Assembly: GCA_016936395.1 (NCBI GenBank)
Contig: JAFGXY010000042.1
Location: 13,001 to 77,000 of the forward strand
Source of the DNA: Paracoccaceae bacterium
GTDB taxonomy: Bacteria; Pseudomonadota; Alphaproteobacteria; Rhodobacterales; Rhodobacteraceae
Length of the DNA: 64,000 nucleotides
Direction: 5' to 3'
The notes under the pieces were generated by a model that had not been told where the DNA came from, did no database searches, and was given only the letters and a program-made list of their open reading frames with translations. The translations under genes were made by a program, and so were the position numbers. The stretch's first letter is position 1. Every line of letters begins with the position of its first letter. Shown here piece by piece: positions 1 to 9,017 of the stretch.

Positions 1-1
1 A

Positions 2-310
2 TCTGGGGTGGGCATTTTCAGTGTCGAACCCGGCGATGCTGCCGGTCCAGTGATCTTTCAGGCTGGTGCCCCAGCCCAACTGGCTGGCATGATCGTGCCC
101 GGCCAATTGCGCCAACATCGCGGGCATGTCGCGGCCCACAAGACTGTGGCCAAGGTGGTAGGTGGACATCGGGCCAGCGGGGGCGACAAGCGGCGGCAAT
201 TGCGCGACCACCTGAGCGGCGGTCAGTGGCTGGGGCTGCCCCCAGCGCTGCGCTGCCCATCCGGCCCCCGCCACGACCGCGATCAACGCCGCAATCAGAC
301 CCTTGCGCAT
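2..310 (-). CDS. hypothetical exported protein, N-terminal part (gene runs off the left window edge)
   Basis: An ATG at 310-308 (reverse strand) opens a frame with no stop down to position 2: MRKGLIAALIAVVAGAGWAAQRWGQPQPL...HLGHSLVGRDMPAMLAQL... The N-terminus looks like a signal peptide and third positions are strongly G/C. It is absent from the supplied track because it has no in-window stop. Confidence 0.6.
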   Translation of the reverse strand, partial: MRKGLIAALIAVVAGAGWAAQRWGQPQPLTAAQVVAQLPPLVAPAGPMSTYHLGHSLVGRDMPAMLAQLAGHDHASQLGWGTSLKDHWTGSIAGFDTENAHPR

Positions 311-396
311 CTGCGCCCCCCGATTTCGATTCTGCCCTGTTCCTCGCGCGACAATCTGGTAACTCCTGTTGCATAACACCAGATGGAGCCGCCATT

Positions 397-633
397 TTGC
401 TGACCTTTCTGCTGATCCAAACCGCACCATCGCGCCGCCGGTTCTATCGGGTGGATGTCGTCTACAACCTGTTTGGCGAATATTCGGTGGTGCGCGAATG
501 GGGGCAAGCCGGGCGCAAGGGGCGTCATATGCTGGTATGGTTTTCCAACCTGCGCGATGCCTGCCTTGCCGCCGAACGCTGGCGCAGACGGGCGCAGCGG
601 CGTGGTTATACCGCGCAAGGTGCCAGAGCATGA
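397..633 (+). CDS. small stand-alone WGR-domain protein
   Basis: This is the C-terminal part of track ORF 226..633: RRFYRVDVVYNLFGEYSVVREWGQAGRKGRHMLVWF, a WGR-like core with W-G-R residues. There is no in-frame ATG, so I chose TTG at 397, which has GGAG 8 nt upstream. The stop overlaps the next gene's start (ATGA at 630-633). Confidence 0.6.
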   Translation: MLTFLLIQTAPSRRRFYRVDVVYNLFGEYSVVREWGQAGRKGRHMLVWFSNLRDACLAAERWRRRAQRRGYTAQGARA

Positions 634-1679
634 CACATCTGTGGGTCCGGGCCGAGCAGCGGCCAAATGAAGACCGTGTCGGCCTGACACCGGATGGCGC
701 GGCCAGACTGGTGCAGGCCGGGCTGCGGGTGACGGTCGAGGCCTCCGCCACCCGCGCGATCCCGATTGCCGGCTATGCCGCCGCCGGTTGCGAGATTGCC
801 GCCGAAAATCTTTGGCCCCACGCCCCCGCCGATGCGATCATCTTCGGGCTCAAGGAACTGCCCGACGACGGCACGCCACTGACCCACCGTCACATCATGT
901 TCGGCCATGCCTACAAGGGCCAGCCCGCCGGTCGCGACCTTCTGCTTCGGTTCAAGGCTGGCGGCGGCATACTGTATGATCTGGAATATCTGGTGAATGA
1001 CGATGGCCGCCGGGTTGCCGCCTTTGGCTATTGGGCGGGCTATGCCGGGGCTGCGGTCTCGCTGAAGACATGGGCCGCGCAGCAGCGGGGTGGGCTGGTC
1101 GGCCCGATCGCCACCTATGCCAGCAAGACCGCCCTGCTGGACGATCTGGCCGCCGAGATGCACACACTGCCGCGCCCCCGCGCCCTTGTGATCGGCGCCT
1201 TGGGCCGGGTCGGCACCGGGGCAAGTGACCTGTGCGAGGCGTTGGGGGTGCATGTCACCAGATGGGACATCACCGAAACCGCCCATGGCGGGCCATTCCC
1301 GCAGGTGTTGCAGCACGAGATCTTGCTGAACTGCATCCTCGCCCGTCCCGGCTGCCCGGTCTTCGTGCCCGCATCGGCGAAGAGCGAGTCGCGCGCGCTG
1401 ACGGTGATCGGGGATATCGCCTGCGACCCGACCTCGGATTTCTCGCCGATCAAGGTCTATGACCGCGCCACCGATTGGGGTGCGCCGGCCCGGCGCGTCG
1501 CCGACACCCCCCCGCTGGATGTGATGGCCATCGACAACCTTCCGTCGCTGTTGCCGGTCGAAAGCAGCGAGGATTACGCCGCGCAACTGCTGCCCAGCCT
1601 GCTGGCGCTGACTGCGCTTGATGCCGGCGTCTGGGGCCGGGCGCGGGCCGAGTTCGACCGCCACCTCGCCCGACTTTGA
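630..1679 (+). CDS. saccharopine dehydrogenase (NAD+, L-lysine-forming) / alanine dehydrogenase-like family
   Basis: This is track ORF 369..1679 trimmed to MTHLWVRAEQRPNEDRVGLTP... It shows a Rossmann motif VIGALGRVGTGA and family-typical LKELP and IDNLPSLLP segments. Confidence 0.85.
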   Translation: MTHLWVRAEQRPNEDRVGLTPDGAARLVQAGLRVTVEASATRAIPIAGYAAAGCEIAAENLWPHAPADAIIFGLKELPDDGTPLTHRHIMFGHAYKGQPAGRDLLLRFKAGGGILYDLEYLVNDDGRRVAAFGYWAGYAGAAVSLKTWAAQQRGGLVGPIATYASKTALLDDLAAEMHTLPRPRALVIGALGRVGTGASDLCEALGVHVTRWDITETAHGGPFPQVLQHEILLNCILARPGCPVFVPASAKSESRALTVIGDIACDPTSDFSPIKVYDRATDWGAPARRVADTPPLDVMAIDNLPSLLPVESSEDYAAQLLPSLLALTALDAGVWGRARAEFDRHLARL

Positions 1680-1820
1680 CGACTTGTGCCAACATGGGTT
1701 GAGCTTTGGCGCAAGGCCCTGAGCCGGGCGACCAAGGCGGGGTGACAGCGCACCGGCTTTGCGGCTATCATCACTAGGGTAACGCACCGGGAATCCGGGC
1801 GGCAGGGCAGGCGGCAGGTC

Positions 1821-3578
1821 ATGGCATCGACACGCGCGGGCAAGGGCGGGTTTGGCGCGGGTGGGGGTTTGGCCGCCCGCTTTGCTGTCTGGCGGGCGTC
1901 GCGCGGCCCGGTGGCACAGGGCTTTGTGTCCTCGCCCGAGCCAAGGTCGATCGGGATGTTTGCCCGCGGCCGTCAACTGGTGGCGGGCAATTACCTGTTC
2001 GCCGGTCATCTGATCGAAGCACCGGGGACCGCGCTGTGGGAAGTTGACCCGCCCGATGCCGATTTCGCCGCCGAACTTCAGGGCTTTGTCTGGCTGGATG
2101 ATCTGGCCGCCTTGGGCGACGCGCAGGCCCGCGCCAAAGCCCAGGCCTGGACGGCTGACTGGATCGCACGGTTTGGCCGCGGGCGCGGGCCGGGCTGGAC
2201 CCCCGATCTGACCGGGCGGAGGGTCATCCGCTGGATAAATCACGCCCTTTTTCTGCTCAACGGCGCCGACCAGCGCGCCAATACCGCCTATTACGCCGCG
2301 CTGACGGTGCAGACCCGCTATCTGGCCCGGCACTGGCCCAAGGCAGCGCCCGGTCTGCCAAGGTTCGAGGCGCTGACCGGGCTGATCTATGCTGGCCTGT
2401 CGTTGCTGGGGATGGAGGCGCTGGTTGGCCCGGCCACCGCGGCCCTGGCCGAAGAGGCCGGGCGCGAGGTCGATGCCAGCGGCGGCATTGCCACCCGCAA
2501 CCCCGAAGAGCTGCTTGAGGTGTTCACGCTGCTGAACTGGGCAGCACAGGCCCTGACCGAAACCGGGCGGACCGTTCCCGAGGCCCATCTGGCAGCCATG
2601 GAGCGCATGGCCCCCACATTGCGCACGCTGCGCCATGCCGATGGCGGGCTGGCCCGGTTTCATGGCGGCGGCACGGGTGACGAAGGGCGGCTGGATCAAG
2701 CCCTGGCCAGCGCCGGCGTGCGCCCGGCCCCGCATCGGGGGCATGGCATCCCGCCCGCCATGGGCTTTGTGCGGCTTGCAGCCGGCCGGACATCGCTGAT
2801 CATGGACGCGGCCGCCCCCCCGGGCGGGCGGGCCGGACGGTCTGGCCATGCCTCGACTCTGGCGATTGAGGTGACATCAGGGCGGCGGCCTTTGGTGGTG
2901 AACTGCGGATCGGGCGCACCCTTTGGCGGTGAATGGCGCCGGGCCGGGCGGGCGACCCCGTCACACTCGACGCTGTGCCTTGACGGGGTGTCCTCGTCAC
3001 GCTTTGGTCGCACCGGCGGCGATGTGCTGGAGGACCGGGCCCACGTCCTGACCCTGCGCCAGATGGACACCGACAAGGGCCATGCGGTGCATTGTGCCCA
3101 TGACGGCTGGTCGCAGACCCACGGCCTGACCCATGCCCGCGATCTGGCACTGTCGCATGATGGCCGCCACATCGCCGGGGTCGATCTGCTGATCGCGCTG
3201 AACCCGCAGGGCCGTGCGCAGTTTGAGCGGGTTTTGACCGCATCCGGGCTGAAGGGCGTGGGATTTGCCATCCGTTTTCACCTGCATCCCGATGCCGATG
3301 CCACACTGGACATGGGCGGCAATGCAATCTCTGTGGCGCTCAGGTCGGGCGAGATCTGGGTCTTTCGCCATGACAGCAACGCCACACTGGCGCTTGAACC
3401 TTCGGTTTATCTGGAAAAAGGTCGCTTGCGCCCGCGTGCGACCAAGCAGATCATCCTTTCGGGCTTTGCCGCCCAGATCGAGACCCGTATTGGCTGGACC
3501 TTGTCGAAGGCACAGGATACTCCGCTTGCCATTCGCGATCTGGACCGCGACGATCCGTTCGACCCCAATTTGACGTGA
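1821..3578 (+). CDS. heparinase II/III family protein
   Basis: 585-aa ORF whose N-terminal region reads GRQLVAGNYLFAGHLIE...WLDDLAALGD. It sits immediately upstream of purH, a position commonly seen in alphaproteobacteria. Confidence 0.8.
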   Translation: MASTRAGKGGFGAGGGLAARFAVWRASRGPVAQGFVSSPEPRSIGMFARGRQLVAGNYLFAGHLIEAPGTALWEVDPPDADFAAELQGFVWLDDLAALGDAQARAKAQAWTADWIARFGRGRGPGWTPDLTGRRVIRWINHALFLLNGADQRANTAYYAALTVQTRYLARHWPKAAPGLPRFEALTGLIYAGLSLLGMEALVGPATAALAEEAGREVDASGGIATRNPEELLEVFTLLNWAAQALTETGRTVPEAHLAAMERMAPTLRTLRHADGGLARFHGGGTGDEGRLDQALASAGVRPAPHRGHGIPPAMGFVRLAAGRTSLIMDAAAPPGGRAGRSGHASTLAIEVTSGRRPLVVNCGSGAPFGGEWRRAGRATPSHSTLCLDGVSSSRFGRTGGDVLEDRAHVLTLRQMDTDKGHAVHCAHDGWSQTHGLTHARDLALSHDGRHIAGVDLLIALNPQGRAQFERVLTASGLKGVGFAIRFHLHPDADATLDMGGNAISVALRSGEIWVFRHDSNATLALEPSVYLEKGRLRPRATKQIILSGFAAQIETRIGWTLSKAQDTPLAIRDLDRDDPFDPNLT

Positions 3579-3587
3579 AGGCTGCCC

Positions 3588-5177
3588 ATGACCAACCTAG
3601 TGCCAATCGGCCGTGCGCTGATTTCCGTCTCTGACAAATCCGGCCTTCTGGACCTTGCCCGTGCCTTGTGCGCGATGGGGGTCGAGTTGATCTCGACCGG
3701 GGGGACCAGCCACATGCTGCGCACGGCTGGCCTGTCGGTGCGCGATGTATCCGAGGTAACGCGGTTCCCCGAAATGATGGATGGCCGGGTGAAAACACTG
3801 CACCCCCTTGTGCATGGCGGTTTGCTGGCGCTGCGCGATGATGACGAGCATCTGGTGGCGATGGCCGCGCACGGCATTGAACCCATCGACCTGCTGATCG
3901 TGAACCTGTATCCGTTCGAGGAAACCGTGGCCAAGGGCGCGGACCATGCCACCTGCATTGAAAATATCGACATCGGCGGCCCGGCGATGATCCGGGCGGC
4001 GGCCAAGAACCACAAATTCGTGGCGGTGGTGACAGACCCTGCCGATTATCAGCCGCTGTTGGATCAGATGGCGGCGCATGATGGCGCAACCACGCTGACA
4101 TTCCGGCAAAAACTGGCGCTGTCGGCCTATGCCAAGACGGCGGCCTATGACACTGCGGTCAGCACATGGTTGGCCGGCGCGCTGGACGAAAAGGCCCCGC
4201 GCCATCGGTCCTTCGCAGGCAAGCTGGCGCAAACCCTGCGCTATGGTGAAAATCCGCACCAATCGGCGGCCTTCTATGTCGATGGGTCACGGCGCGACGG
4301 CGTGGCCACCGCGCGGCAATGGCAGGGCAAGGAGTTGTCCTACAACAACATCAACGACACCGACGCCGCCTTTGAACTGGTGGCCGAGTTTGCCCCCGAG
4401 CAGGGCCCGGCCTGCGCCATCATCAAACACGCCAACCCCTGCGGTGTGGGCCGGGCGGACAGCCTGCGCGACGCCTATCTGCGCGCCTATCACTGCGACC
4501 AGACATCGGCTTTTGGCGGGATCGTGGCGCTGAACATGGCATTGGATGCCGAAACCGCAGAAGAGATCGTCAGGATCTTCACCGAAGTGGTGATCGCGCC
4601 GGGGGCCAGCGACGAGGCCAAGGCGATCTTTGCCACCAAGAAAAACCTGCGCCTGCTGACAACCGCCGGCCTGCCCGACCCGCGCATCGGCGGTCTGGCG
4701 TTCAAGCAGGTGTCGGGCGGGATGCTGGTGCAAGACCGCGACAATGGCTGGCTGAACCCATCCGATCTGAAGGTTGTCACCAAACGCGCCCCGACCGATG
4801 CGGAACTTGCCGATCTTCTGTTTGCCTGGAAAGTCGCCAAGCATGTGAAGTCGAACGCCATCGTCTATGTCAAGGATGGTGCCACCGTCGGCGTGGGTGC
4901 CGGCCAGATGAGCCGGGTGGACAGCACCCGTATCGCCGCCCGCAAGAGCGAGGACATGGCCGAGGCGCGGGGTCTGGCCGCGCCGCTGACCCATGGCTCG
5001 GTGGTGGCGTCGGACGCGTTCTTTCCGTTTCCCGATGGCCTGTTGTCAGCGGCCGAGGCTGGGGCAACCGCGGTGATCCAGCCCGGCGGCAGCATGAATG
5101 ACGCGGCAGTGATCGCGGCGGCGGACGAGGCCGGGCTTGCCATGGTTTTTACCGGCATGCGCCATTTCCGGCACTGA
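3588..5177 (+). CDS. purH: bifunctional AICAR formyltransferase / IMP cyclohydrolase
   Basis: 529-aa ORF. The N-terminal MGS-like region reads [15 protein letters not shown]...GGTS, the AICARFT part reads [10 protein letters not shown], and the C-terminal end is GMRHFRH. Confidence 0.96.
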   Translation: MTNLVPIGRALISVSDKSGLLDLARALCAMGVELISTGGTSHMLRTAGLSVRDVSEVTRFPEMMDGRVKTLHPLVHGGLLALRDDDEHLVAMAAHGIEPIDLLIVNLYPFEETVAKGADHATCIENIDIGGPAMIRAAAKNHKFVAVVTDPADYQPLLDQMAAHDGATTLTFRQKLALSAYAKTAAYDTAVSTWLAGALDEKAPRHRSFAGKLAQTLRYGENPHQSAAFYVDGSRRDGVATARQWQGKELSYNNINDTDAAFELVAEFAPEQGPACAIIKHANPCGVGRADSLRDAYLRAYHCDQTSAFGGIVALNMALDAETAEEIVRIFTEVVIAPGASDEAKAIFATKKNLRLLTTAGLPDPRIGGLAFKQVSGGMLVQDRDNGWLNPSDLKVVTKRAPTDAELADLLFAWKVAKHVKSNAIVYVKDGATVGVGAGQMSRVDSTRIAARKSEDMAEARGLAAPLTHGSVVASDAFFPFPDGLLSAAEAGATAVIQPGGSMNDAAVIAAADEAGLAMVFTGMRHFRH

Positions 5178-5180
5178 CCG

Positions 5181-5684
5181 ATGCGGCTGGCGCTGATCAC
5201 CGCGATGGCCACCTTTGCGCTGGATCAGGCGTCGAAACTGGCCGTGGTGCAGGGACTGGACCTGATGACCCGCGGCGTGATCGAGGTCGCGCCGCCCTTC
5301 CTGACCTTTCGCATGGCGTGGAACCGGGGGATCAACTTTGGCCTTCTGGCCGGGGATGCCGATGTCACCCGCTGGGCGCTGATTGCGGTGGCACTGGCAA
5401 TTTCGGTCTGGGTCTGGCTCTGGGTGCGGCGCGAAAATCCGGGGGCTTGGGCGCAAGTGTCGGCGGGTCTTCTGGTCGGTGGGGCACTTGGCAATGTGAT
5501 TGACCGCATCCTTTACGGCGCGGTGGCCGATTTTCTGAACATGTCCTGTTGCGGGATCGAAAATCCCTATGCTTTCAATGTGGCCGATATCGCCATCTTT
5601 GCGGGGGCAGCGGGATTGGTGCTGTGTTCCGACAATGGCAAGGACCGGCCACAGCCGCACAAGCGGCGCAGAAAGACCCCGTGA
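5181..5684 (+). CDS. lspA: lipoprotein signal peptidase II
   Basis: 167 aa with multiple hydrophobic spans. It carries WNRGINFG and [15 protein letters not shown] motifs typical of LspA. It starts 3 nt after the purH stop. Confidence 0.93.
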   Translation: MRLALITAMATFALDQASKLAVVQGLDLMTRGVIEVAPPFLTFRMAWNRGINFGLLAGDADVTRWALIAVALAISVWVWLWVRRENPGAWAQVSAGLLVGGALGNVIDRILYGAVADFLNMSCCGIENPYAFNVADIAIFAGAAGLVLCSDNGKDRPQPHKRRRKTP

Positions 5685-5737
5685 CGCCGCGCCTTGATTG
5701 CGCTAGAAGAAATCAGTTGGGCTTGGTGGAGGCAAGA

Positions 5738-6256
5738 ATGCAGGCAGCACGGATGATCCTCGCGGGGTTGGTCGCGGCGATGCTGGCTGGCTGTGGCAAT
5801 GGCGACAAGACCCCGCAGCTGATGAATATCCAGTCCAGCACGGCAGGCCCTGACGAGTTCGGCATCTTGCCGCCGAAGCCACTGGAATTGCCCAAGGATA
5901 TGGCGCAGTTGCCCGAACCCACGCCGGGCGGCACCAACCTGACCGATCCCACGCCCGAAGCCGATGCGATCGCCGCCTTGGGTGGGCGTCCGGGTGCAGG
6001 GGCCGGGGCGGATGCGGGTCTGATGAACCACGCCTCACGCTATGGTGTGGCCTCCGGCATCCGGCAGACGCTGGCTTCGGAAGATCTGGAATGGCGGCGT
6101 GATAACAATGGCCGCGTTCTGGAACGCCTGTTCAACGTCAACGTCTATTATCGCGCCTACGAAGACATGTCGCTGGACCAGCACGCCGAATTGTGGCGTT
6201 GGCGCGGGCGCGGGGCAAAAACCCCCTCTGCGCCGCCACCGCAAAAAGACGAATAG
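5738..6256 (+). CDS. DUF3035-like lipoprotein
   Basis: Track ORF 5549..6256 trimmed to MQAARMILAGLVAAMLAGCGNG, which has the lipobox LAGC. GGTGGAGG lies upstream of the ATG at 5738. The product is a proline-rich periplasmic protein. Confidence 0.75.
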   Translation: MQAARMILAGLVAAMLAGCGNGDKTPQLMNIQSSTAGPDEFGILPPKPLELPKDMAQLPEPTPGGTNLTDPTPEADAIAALGGRPGAGAGADAGLMNHASRYGVASGIRQTLASEDLEWRRDNNGRVLERLFNVNVYYRAYEDMSLDQHAELWRWRGRGAKTPSAPPPQKDE

Positions 6257-6333
6257 GTCACGTTCGCGTTTGCAGGGCTTGCACCGCGCCCCACATCGGA
6301 TAGTTTTGCAGCGTTCGGTCAAAAGGTGGTGCT

Positions 6334-7662
6334 ATGCTTCGACTCATTGGGTTGCTTGCGGTTCTGGCGGCTGCTCCGGCGGTCGCGGATGATGTCAGCA
6401 CGTTCCAGTTGGGCAATGGGATGGAGGTGGTGGTGATCGAAGACCATCGCGCGCCGGTTGTCACCCATATGGTCTGGTATCGCACAGGTTCCGCCGACGA
6501 ATTGCCCGGTCGGTCCGGCATCGCGCATTTTCTGGAACACCTGATGTTCAAGGGTACCGATGATCTGGAGCCGGGTGAATTTTCCGCCACCGTCGAAGCG
6601 CAGGGCGGATCGGACAACGCCTTTACCAGTTACGATTACACCGCCTATTTCCAGCGCGTCGCGGCAGACCGGCTTGACCTGATGATGCAGATGGAAGCCG
6701 ACCGGATGCGCGATCTGAAACTGCTGGACGACGACATTGTCACCGAACGTGCCGTGATCATCGAAGAGCGCAAGCAGCGGACCGACAGCAGCCCCGGCGC
6801 CCTGTTGCAAGAACAGATGCGCGCGGCACAGTTCCTGAACCACCCTTACGGCACGCCCATCATCGGCTGGAAGCATGAGGCCGAGGCCTTGGGCCGTCAG
6901 GACGCCTTTGATCACTACAGCCGCTATTACGCCCCCAACAATGCCATCCTTGTCGTGGCGGGCGATGTGTCCCCCGCTGCGGTCAGGGCGATGGCCGAAA
7001 CCCATTACGGCCCGCTGGAACCCTCGGACGGCATTGCCGAGCGCAAGCGCCCTGCCGAACCACCGCAGCTTGCCGAACGGCGGCTGACGCTGTCGGACGC
7101 GCGCGTGTCGGAACCTTACGTCATGCGCAGCTACTTGGCCCCCGAGCGTGACCCCGGCGATCAGGACAAAGCCGCAGCCCTGACCATTCTGGCCGAACTT
7201 CTGGGCGGGTCGGGCACCACTTCGCTGCTCGCCCAAGGCTTGCAGTTCGGCGCTGATCCGGTCGCTGTCTATTCGTCGGCATTCTACGATTCCACCACGC
7301 TGGATGATGGCACCTTCGGATTGATCGTGGTGCCGATGCCGGGCGTTGCCTTGGACCGCGCCGAAGCCGCCATGGATGCGGTGATTGCCAGGTTTTTGGA
7401 AACCGGCCCCGACCCCGAAGATTTTGCCCGGATCAAGACGCAAATCCGCGCCGATCAGATCTATGCCCGCGACAATGTCGATGGCGTTGCCCGCCGCTAT
7501 GGCGAGGCTTTGGCGACAGGCCTGACCGTGCAGGATGTGCAGGACTGGCCAGCCGTGCTGGACGCGGTAACGCCTGAACAGGTGATGGAGGCCGCGCGGG
7601 AAGTGCTGGATCGCAAACGTGCCGTGACCGGCTGGCTGATGCCCGAAAAGGACCCTGCATGA
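6334..7662 (+). CDS. M16 (pitrilysin) family zinc peptidase, catalytic subunit
   Basis: Signal peptide MLRLIGLLAVLAAAPAVA and the inverted zinc motif HFLEH (HxxEH). Confidence 0.9.
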   Translation: MLRLIGLLAVLAAAPAVADDVSTFQLGNGMEVVVIEDHRAPVVTHMVWYRTGSADELPGRSGIAHFLEHLMFKGTDDLEPGEFSATVEAQGGSDNAFTSYDYTAYFQRVAADRLDLMMQMEADRMRDLKLLDDDIVTERAVIIEERKQRTDSSPGALLQEQMRAAQFLNHPYGTPIIGWKHEAEALGRQDAFDHYSRYYAPNNAILVVAGDVSPAAVRAMAETHYGPLEPSDGIAERKRPAEPPQLAERRLTLSDARVSEPYVMRSYLAPERDPGDQDKAAALTILAELLGGSGTTSLLAQGLQFGADPVAVYSSAFYDSTTLDDGTFGLIVVPMPGVALDRAEAAMDAVIARFLETGPDPEDFARIKTQIRADQIYARDNVDGVARRYGEALATGLTVQDVQDWPAVLDAVTPEQVMEAAREVLDRKRAVTGWLMPEKDPA

Positions 7663-8972
7663 TGCAGATGTTCAAGATTGCAGCGCTGCTGATCGCTTTT
7701 GCTCTGCCCGCACGGGCCGAGATTGCGATCCAGACCATCACCTCGCCCGGCGGAATCACCGCCTGGCTGGTCGAAGAGCCGGAAATTCCCTTCACCGCAC
7801 TGGAAATCCGCTTTCGTGGCGGAACCTCGCTGGACGTCGAGGGCAAGCGTGGGGCGGTCAATCTGATGACGGCGCTGATCGAGGAAGGCACCGGCGATCT
7901 GGACAGCACCGGGTTCGCCCGCGCGCGGGACTCACTGGCCGCCAGCTTTCGCTTTGGGTCGGATGAAGACGCGATCTCGGTCTCGGCCCGCTTCCTGACC
8001 GAAAACCGCGAGGCGTCGGTTGACCTGCTGCGCCGCGCCCTGACCGAGCCGCGCTTTGACCAGCCGTCGATTGACCGGGTGCGGGGACAGGTTCTGGCGG
8101 GGTTGCGGCAGGATGCCAAAGACCCGAACGCCATGGCCGGACAAACCTTGCGCGCACTGGCGTTTGGCGACCACCCCTATGCCAGCAAGGGCGACGGCAC
8201 CGAAGCCACGGTGCAGACCCTGACACGCGATGACATCGTCGCAGCCCACAAGGCGGCGATTGCGCGTGACCGGGTCTATGTTGCCGCCGCAGGCGACATT
8301 TCCGCCGAAGATCTGGGCCTGCTGATCGACCACCTGCTGGAGGGTCTGCCTGCCACCGGTGCCGCCCTGCCGCCCCGCGCCCCGATGAAGCTGACAGGCG
8401 GTATCACCGTGCAGGATTTTCCCGGCCCGCAATCCACCGTGATCTTTGCGCAGGACGGCCTGAAACGCGACGACCCAGATTTCTTTGCCGCCTCGATCCT
8501 GAACGAGATCCTCGGCGGTGGCCGGTTCAGCGCCCGCCTGATGACAGAGGTGCGCGAAAAGCGCGGCCTTACCTATGGCATCAGCAGCTATCTGGTGGGC
8601 TACGATCAGGCTGAGTTGCTGATGGGCCAATTTTCATCGGCCAATGGCACCGTAGGCCAGGCGATAGAGGTGATCCGCGACGAATGGCGCAAGATTGCCA
8701 CTGATGGCGTGACCGAGGCCGAGGTGCAGGCCACCAAGACCTATCTGACCGGCAGTTACCCACTGCGCTTTGCCGGCAACGGCCAGATTGCCAGCATGCT
8801 GGTTGGCATGCAGATGATCGGGCTGTCAGCGGATTATCCGAAAACCCGCAATGACAAGGTGAATGCGGTGACGATGGAGGATGTCAAACGCGTCGCCGCG
8901 CGGCTGTTCAAACCTGATGATCTGCGCTTTGTCGTGGTGGGCCAGCCCGAAGGCATTGTCGCCACGGATTGA
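7659..8972 (+). CDS. M16 family peptidase, non-catalytic partner subunit
   Basis: 437 aa with a signal peptide and M16-like sequence but no HxxEH motif. The start overlaps the upstream stop (ATGA at 7659-7662). Confidence 0.88.
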   Translation: MMQMFKIAALLIAFALPARAEIAIQTITSPGGITAWLVEEPEIPFTALEIRFRGGTSLDVEGKRGAVNLMTALIEEGTGDLDSTGFARARDSLAASFRFGSDEDAISVSARFLTENREASVDLLRRALTEPRFDQPSIDRVRGQVLAGLRQDAKDPNAMAGQTLRALAFGDHPYASKGDGTEATVQTLTRDDIVAAHKAAIARDRVYVAAAGDISAEDLGLLIDHLLEGLPATGAALPPRAPMKLTGGITVQDFPGPQSTVIFAQDGLKRDDPDFFAASILNEILGGGRFSARLMTEVREKRGLTYGISSYLVGYDQAELLMGQFSSANGTVGQAIEVIRDEWRKIATDGVTEAEVQATKTYLTGSYPLRFAGNGQIASMLVGMQMIGLSADYPKTRNDKVNAVTMEDVKRVAARLFKPDDLRFVVVGQPEGIVATD

Positions 8973-9017
8973 CCGAATCTATGGCTCTTGCCGCAGCGCG
9001 GTGCTAGAATTAGGGGT

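Noticed and set aside
369-629. 5' extensions of many track ORFs (for example 369-629, 5549-5737, 8988-9017, 10760-10828, 14638-14736, 15414-15491, 17284-17349, 21269-21379, 21975-22109, 22916-23152, 25261-25347, 38043-38789)
   Set aside because: The extensions overlap the preceding gene or lack family similarity. In each case an internal ATG/GTG/TTG with an RBS, a signal peptide or a family-typical N-terminus gives a better model.
606-2849. 747-aa ORF on the reverse strand spanning the saccharopine dehydrogenase and heparinase-family genes. Similar giants occur at 15282-16865(-), 22380-23993(-), 42348-43856(+), 44797-46596(-), 46233-47525(-), 55684-56835(+), 56481-58922(+) and 59302-60897(+).
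   Set aside because: Their translations are Arg/Gly/Pro/Ala-rich low-complexity strings with no recognisable motifs. They lie antisense to, or out of frame with, genes that have clear family signatures. Such long stop-free shadow frames are expected in high-GC DNA.
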